Below are positions 60,151-64,000 of a stretch of DNA of 64,000 bases, piece after piece (the first letter of the stretch is position 1; the number at the start of each line of letters is the position of its first letter). The notes below the pieces were generated by a model that searched no databases, was not told the origin of the DNA, and worked only from the letters and a program-made list of their open reading frames with translations. A program made the translations under genes and the position numbers. Source of the DNA: Acidimicrobiales bacterium (GTDB lineage: Bacteria > Actinomycetota > Acidimicrobiia > Acidimicrobiales > CADCSY01); contig DATLFP010000066.1 in assembly GCA_035540955.1 (NCBI GenBank), positions 3,055-67,054 of the forward strand, in the 5' to 3' direction.

Positions 60151-60407
60151 AGGTGGTCGGCGGCGGCCGCCCGCACCGCCGCCTCGATCGCGCCCCAGTC
60201 GCCATCCGGGGTGCGGGTGATCGTCACGAAGTTGGCGGTGCCGAACACCGAGGCGACGCCACCCGCGGTGAACACCGCCTTGGCGAAGGCGTTCTGATCG
60301 GCGTCCTCGGCGTTGACGATGTTGAACATCTCGTCGAAGTGGCGGTCGACGGTGTACTTCATCGCGTCGGGGTTGGGTGTCGTCGCGATGTCGAGGACCT
60401 CGGCCAT
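60147..60407 (-). CDS. Nfu/NifU N-terminal-domain-only protein (86 aa)
   Basis: TTPNPDAMKYTVD...VFTAGGVASVFGTANFVTITR resembles the Nfu_N scaffold domain. No CxxC NifU C-terminal domain is present. Confidence 0.7.
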   Translation of the reverse strand: MAEVLDIATTPNPDAMKYTVDRHFDEMFNIVNAEDADQNAFAKAVFTAGGVASVFGTANFVTITRTPDGDWGAIEAAVRAAAADHL

Positions 60408-60422
60408 GGGCCGAGAGGCTAG

Positions 60423-60644
60423 TTACAGCGGGTGCGGGGCGTTGATCTCGGCGCTGTTCCAGTGCTCGCCGACGATCCGCTCGGCCGTGGCGGCCAAGTC
60501 GTCCTGGAGCTCGGTGATCTCCTCTTCCAGCTCCCGCATGCGCTCGCCGCGCCCCTGTACCCGGGCCCGCTCGAGCTCCTCGGTCAGCTCGGTGAGCTGC
60601 AGCTCGACGCCGACGGCGTGGTCTTCGAGTCGTGGATCCGCCAT
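60423..60644 (-). CDS. small acidic coiled-coil protein (73 aa), unknown function
   Basis: LQLTELTEELERARVQGRGERMRELEEEITELQDDLAATAERI has heptad-like charged helix composition and fits the gene spacing. Coding status is not certain. Confidence 0.45.
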   Translation of the reverse strand: MADPRLEDHAVGVELQLTELTEELERARVQGRGERMRELEEEITELQDDLAATAERIVGEHWNSAEINAPHPL

Positions 60645-60692
60645 GGGGCCCTCCTACCCCGGACGCCCGAGGTCCCAGTCGTTGCGATCTCC

Positions 60693-61667
60693 TTACGGCG
60701 CCGCGACATCGAGGCCGGCGAGCAGCTGCGTGCGGATCGACGGTCGGCTGCCGAACACGAGGAGCGTGCCCGCCTCGCGGTACAGGCGCTCGGCATCGGT
60801 ACCCCGCTCGACGGCGCTGCTGCCCTCGTGGACCACGAGCGCGGCCGCCGCCCGTACGGCAAGGGTGCACGCTGCGGCCCGCAGGCCCGGGAACGACGTC
60901 GCGTCACCCGCGTCGAGGGCGTCACGGACGCACTCCAGCTCGTCGTCGAGCGGCGACAGCCCGCGCAACCGGCAGCACCGGTCGGCGATCCCGAGTGCCA
61001 TCGACCCGTTCGTGCGCAACCCGGCGGCGTCCCGGGCCGGCCACTCGGCCCACGGGAACCGGCTCGTCACCCGGTCGGCGCCCACCCGCACGGCGTCGGC
61101 GTGCAACGTCACCGTGGCCGAGGCGTTCATGCCGAGCAGCCGGTGGGGCTCGGCGCGAAGCCCCTCCGCCGCGGCATCCACGATCAACCACACGACGTCG
61201 TCGTCGGGAGCGCGGGCGGCAACGTGGATCACGTCGGTGAGTCCCCAGCCGCTGACCCATGGGGCGACCCCGTCGATGACCCACGACTCGCCGTCGGGCC
61301 GGCATCGGAGCTTCGGCTCGGGCAGGAGGCCGGCGAACGCCACGGTCGAGCGCACGTCGCCGCTCGACAGCGGCGCCACCCACTCCCGCACGTGGTCGGA
61401 GCCGAACGCGCACGCTGCGAGGGTGCCGTGGTGCTGGATCCACACCAAGGTCGTCGTCATGCACCCGCCGGCGAACGCCGCATTGATGGGGTGGGCTTCC
61501 TCGATCGACGCCACGCCCCCCTCCGGGTTGGCGAGCCCGTAGAAGCCCTCGGCCGCGAGCCGGTCGAGACGGTCGCGGGGCACGACCTCGGCGCCGTCGA
61601 CGACGCCGGCGGTCGGGAACAGGACGTCGTCGGCGAACGCCCGCGCCTTGGCCGGCCAGTCGGTCAC
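60693..61667 (-). CDS. acyl-CoA dehydrogenase family protein (short, divergent)
   Basis: FYGLANPEGG...MTTTLVWIQHHG...WVIDGVAPWVSGWG...NASATVTLHADAVRV follows the ACAD middle/N-domain pattern. 324 aa. Confidence 0.7.
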   Translation of the reverse strand: MTDWPAKARAFADDVLFPTAGVVDGAEVVPRDRLDRLAAEGFYGLANPEGGVASIEEAHPINAAFAGGCMTTTLVWIQHHGTLAACAFGSDHVREWVAPLSSGDVRSTVAFAGLLPEPKLRCRPDGESWVIDGVAPWVSGWGLTDVIHVAARAPDDDVVWLIVDAAAEGLRAEPHRLLGMNASATVTLHADAVRVGADRVTSRFPWAEWPARDAAGLRTNGSMALGIADRCCRLRGLSPLDDELECVRDALDAGDATSFPGLRAAACTLAVRAAAALVVHEGSSAVERGTDAERLYREAGTLLVFGSRPSIRTQLLAGLDVAAP

Positions 61668-61680
61668 GCGCCGCGCACGC

Positions 61681-62466
61681 TCATGTGTTCTGGCAGGTCA
61701 TGCCACCGTCGACGGGGATGACGACGCCGTTGGTGTAGGACGCGGCCGGGAGCACGAGCGACAGCGTCATCTGCGCCACCTCCTCCGGCTCGCCGTACCG
61801 GCGCAACGGGACCCGACGGCGGGCGAACTTGTCCTTCGCGTCGTCGGGGATGCCGGCGGTCATGCCCGTCCTGATCGGTCCAGGGCAGATGCAGTTGAAC
61901 GTGACCCCGGTGCGGCCCAGCTCCACCGCGAGGCCCTTCGTGAGGCCGATCACGCCGTGCTTGGCGGCGACGTACGGCGAGTTGCCGGCGGTGGCGCCCA
62001 GCCCCTCGGTCGAGGCGATGTTCACGACCCGACCCTCGCCGTTGCGCTGCAGGTCGGCCAGGCACGCCTGGATGAGGAGCACGTGGGCGTCGAGGTCGAC
62101 CTCGAAGGTGCGCCGCCACGCGCTCAGGTAGGCGTCGTCGCCACCCTGGAAGGCACCGCCGAGGGCGATGCCGGCGTTGTTCACGAGGATGTCGATCGGT
62201 CCGAGCGCCTGTCGCACCTCGTCGACGACGCGGAGGACGGCGTCGCGATCGGACACGTCGAGGACCCAGCCCCGAGCGGTCCCGCCCGCGCTGGTGATCT
62301 CCTCGACGACCCGCTGCACGCGGTCCTCGCCCAGGTCGATGACCGCCACCTTCGCCCCCTCGTCGGCGAAGAGGTGGGCCGTCGCCCGTCCCATCCCGCT
62401 GGCGGCGCCGGTGACGATGGCGACGCGACCGGCGATGGAGCGGTTTCCCGTTGTCAGCCTCGGCAT
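61681..62466 (-). CDS. SDR-family oxidoreductase (classical, FabG-like)
   Basis: VAIVTGAASGMGRA, NNAG, YVAAKHG (YxxxK) and PGPIRTGM. Confidence 0.85.
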   Translation of the reverse strand: MPRLTTGNRSIAGRVAIVTGAASGMGRATAHLFADEGAKVAVIDLGEDRVQRVVEEITSAGGTARGWVLDVSDRDAVLRVVDEVRQALGPIDILVNNAGIALGGAFQGGDDAYLSAWRRTFEVDLDAHVLLIQACLADLQRNGEGRVVNIASTEGLGATAGNSPYVAAKHGVIGLTKGLAVELGRTGVTFNCICPGPIRTGMTAGIPDDAKDKFARRRVPLRRYGEPEEVAQMTLSLVLPAASYTNGVVIPVDGGMTCQNT

Positions 62467-62490
62467 GGCGTCTGCCTACCATCCCCGGCG

Positions 62491-63429
62491 GTGACCGAGC
62501 CCGACCTCGACGACGAAGCCCGCGCCGCCCGCGCCGCGGTGCCCGACGCCCGCCGACCCGACCGCTACCGGACGGTGTCCTCGAACGGGTTGCGGCTGGC
62601 CGTCTACGAGTGGGGCGACGTCAACGCCCCGCCGCTCCTGCTCGCCCACGGGGGCTTCGACTTCGCCGGCACGTACGACCTCTTCGCTCCCCTCCTGGCC
62701 GACGGGGGGTGGCGGGTGGTGGCCTGGGACCAGCGGGGTCACGGCAGCTCCGAGCATGCCGCCCTCTACTCCTGGGACGCCGACGTCCGGGACGCGCTGG
62801 CGGTGATCGACACGCTCAGCCCCGACGCCATCCCCGTCATCGGCCACTCCAAGGGCGGCGGCCTGATGATGCAGCTGGCCGAGGCGTGCCCCCACCGGGT
62901 GAGCCTTCTCGTGAACATCGACGGGCTGCCGGGGAAGCGGCGCATGGCCGATGTGCCCGAGCGCGAGCGCACCCGGATGATGGCCTCCGAGCTCACCAGC
63001 TGGCTCGAGCACCGCCGGCGGAGCGCCACCGGCGAGCGCAAGCCGGGGACCCTCGACGAGCTGGCCGGCCGCCGGGCCCGCATGAACCCCCGCCTCCCGC
63101 GGGCCTGGCTGCGGTACCTGGTGACGATCGGCGCCCGCAGGGACCCCGACGGGTGGCGGTGGCGGATCGACCCGTCGATGCGCTTCGGGGGCTTCGGGCC
63201 GTGGCGGCCGGAGTGGTCGCTCCTGCGCATGCCCGGCCTGGGCATGCCGTTCCTCGGCATCCTCGGCACCGAGATGGAGGAGATGGGCTGGGGCGTCAAG
63301 CCGGCCGACGTCGCCCCCTACCTCCCGCCGGGTGCCGAGTTCCACGCCCTCGACACCGGCCACTTCGTGCACATCGAGCAGCCCGCCGAGGTGGCGGCGC
63401 TCACCCTCGACTTCCTGGCCCGCCGATGA
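62491..63429 (+). CDS. alpha/beta hydrolase
   Basis: GTG 62491. LLLAHGGFDFAGTYD...WDQRGHGSS, nucleophile elbow GHSKGG, and C-terminal DTGHFVHIEQP. Confidence 0.8.
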   Translation: MTEPDLDDEARAARAAVPDARRPDRYRTVSSNGLRLAVYEWGDVNAPPLLLAHGGFDFAGTYDLFAPLLADGGWRVVAWDQRGHGSSEHAALYSWDADVRDALAVIDTLSPDAIPVIGHSKGGGLMMQLAEACPHRVSLLVNIDGLPGKRRMADVPERERTRMMASELTSWLEHRRRSATGERKPGTLDELAGRRARMNPRLPRAWLRYLVTIGARRDPDGWRWRIDPSMRFGGFGPWRPEWSLLRMPGLGMPFLGILGTEMEEMGWGVKPADVAPYLPPGAEFHALDTGHFVHIEQPAEVAALTLDFLARR

Positions 63430-64000
63430 CCCGACCGACGGTCATGCTGCGCCACAACAAGGTCGACCTCGCCCTCCACCGGCTGCGGGATGGTGCCGGC
63501 GGGCCGCTGCTGCTCCTCCACGGGCTTGGCGAGCGATCACCGGCGTCGGTGCCGCTGCAGGCGGAGGGGTGGCCAGGGCCGGCGTGGGCCCTCGACTTCA
63601 CCGGCCACGGCGGCTCGACCATCCCGGCCGGCGGCGGCTACACCGCCGAGGTGCTCATGGGCGACGTCGACGCCGCCCTGGAGCACCTGGGCCCGGCCAC
63701 CATCTTCGGCCGGGGCCTGGGCGCCTACGTCGCCCTGCTCATCTCGGGGGCGAGGGCGGAGGCGGTGCGGGGCGCGGTGCTGGCCGACGGGCCCGGTCTC
63801 TTCGGCGGTCCCGCCGGACCGACCTCGCCCCAGATGGTGGCGGTGCCGCCCGGGGTGACCGGCCCGCCCGACCCGTTCGCCATGATCGAGCTGTCGCGCG
63901 ACGTCCGTCCCGCCGACTACGCGACCACCTTCGCCCGGGCCGCCGCCGAGCACAGCGATCTCGACCAGCCCATCGCGGTGGCGGCCATCGGGCGGCCCCC
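63426..64000 (+). CDS. alpha/beta-hydrolase-fold-like protein, partial (runs off the window), nucleophile position not Ser
   Basis: Not in the ORF track because no stop occurs before the window end. ATG 63426 overlaps the upstream stop (ATGA). My translation is MTRPTVMLRHNKVDLALHRLRDGAGGPLLLLHGLGERS...ALDFTGHGGS...ATIFGRGLGAYVALLISG..., open to position 64000. Confidence 0.6.
   Translation, partial: MTRPTVMLRHNKVDLALHRLRDGAGGPLLLLHGLGERSPASVPLQAEGWPGPAWALDFTGHGGSTIPAGGGYTAEVLMGDVDAALEHLGPATIFGRGLGAYVALLISGARAEAVRGAVLADGPGLFGGPAGPTSPQMVAVPPGVTGPPDPFAMIELSRDVRPADYATTFARAAAEHSDLDQPIAVAAIGRP

Noticed and set aside
1-64000. tRNA, rRNA, riboswitch or other structured RNA genes
   Set aside because: Intergenic spacers are mostly under 40 nt. 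The three longer ones (12387-12566, 12894-13047, 41765-41962) do not show cloverleaf or known riboswitch consensus features by eye. A covariance-model scan would be needed to be certain.

Overview
This is a compact, high-GC segment (about 70% by eye) with an actinobacterial-type gene repertoire. I call about 60 protein-coding genes. I found no rRNA, tRNA, CRISPR array, transposase, integrase or prophage genes. Genes are packed tightly, and many same-strand neighbours overlap by 4 nt (GTGA, ATGA or TTGA), which suggests long translationally coupled operons. Many long Arg/Pro/Gly-rich ORFs in the six-frame track are shadow ORFs of the real genes, and I rejected them.

Layout:
- 1-21.6 kb: mainly lipid and small-molecule metabolism (acyl-CoA dehydrogenase, two acyl-CoA ligases, aldehyde dehydrogenase, PaaI thioesterase, gamma-glutamyltransferase, CoA-transferase). 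It also holds a divergent adenylate kinase paralogue, PPK2, a membrane-anchored wHTH protein coupled to a gamma-glutamylcyclotransferase-like protein, and a secreted repeat protein fused to an L,D-transpeptidase.
- 21.6-56.1 kb: a roughly 34 kb cell-envelope glycan island. It contains the decaprenyl-phospho-arabinose (DPA) route (UbiA-type phosphoribosyltransferase, DprE1, DprE2) co-oriented with an orphan ParA-like ATPase. It also has an AftD-like giant GT-C enzyme coupled to a Ppm1-type polyprenyl-phosphate mannose synthase, several other GT-C-like polytopic proteins including a tandem paralogue pair, and a GT2-GtrA fusion and a GT4. Further genes are two AT3-SGNH acyltransferases, a secreted SGNH esterase, a methyltransferase, a four-gene GMC-flavoprotein/SDR module and GalE.
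- 56.1-64 kb: ArfB, a second AlkA-like glycosylase, the same repeat module fused to an M23 peptidase, hydrolases, a nitroreductase, an Nfu-N protein, and ACAD/SDR genes.

Most interesting candidates:
- the DPA/AftD island with its uncharacterised membrane paralogues and embedded ParA-like gene;
- the GMC/SDR module as a possible second oxidation-reduction sugar epimerisation system;
- the shared about 42-aa repeat module that carries two different peptidoglycan-remodelling catalytic domains.

All functional calls come from reading the translated ORFs against remembered family motifs. No database search was run.
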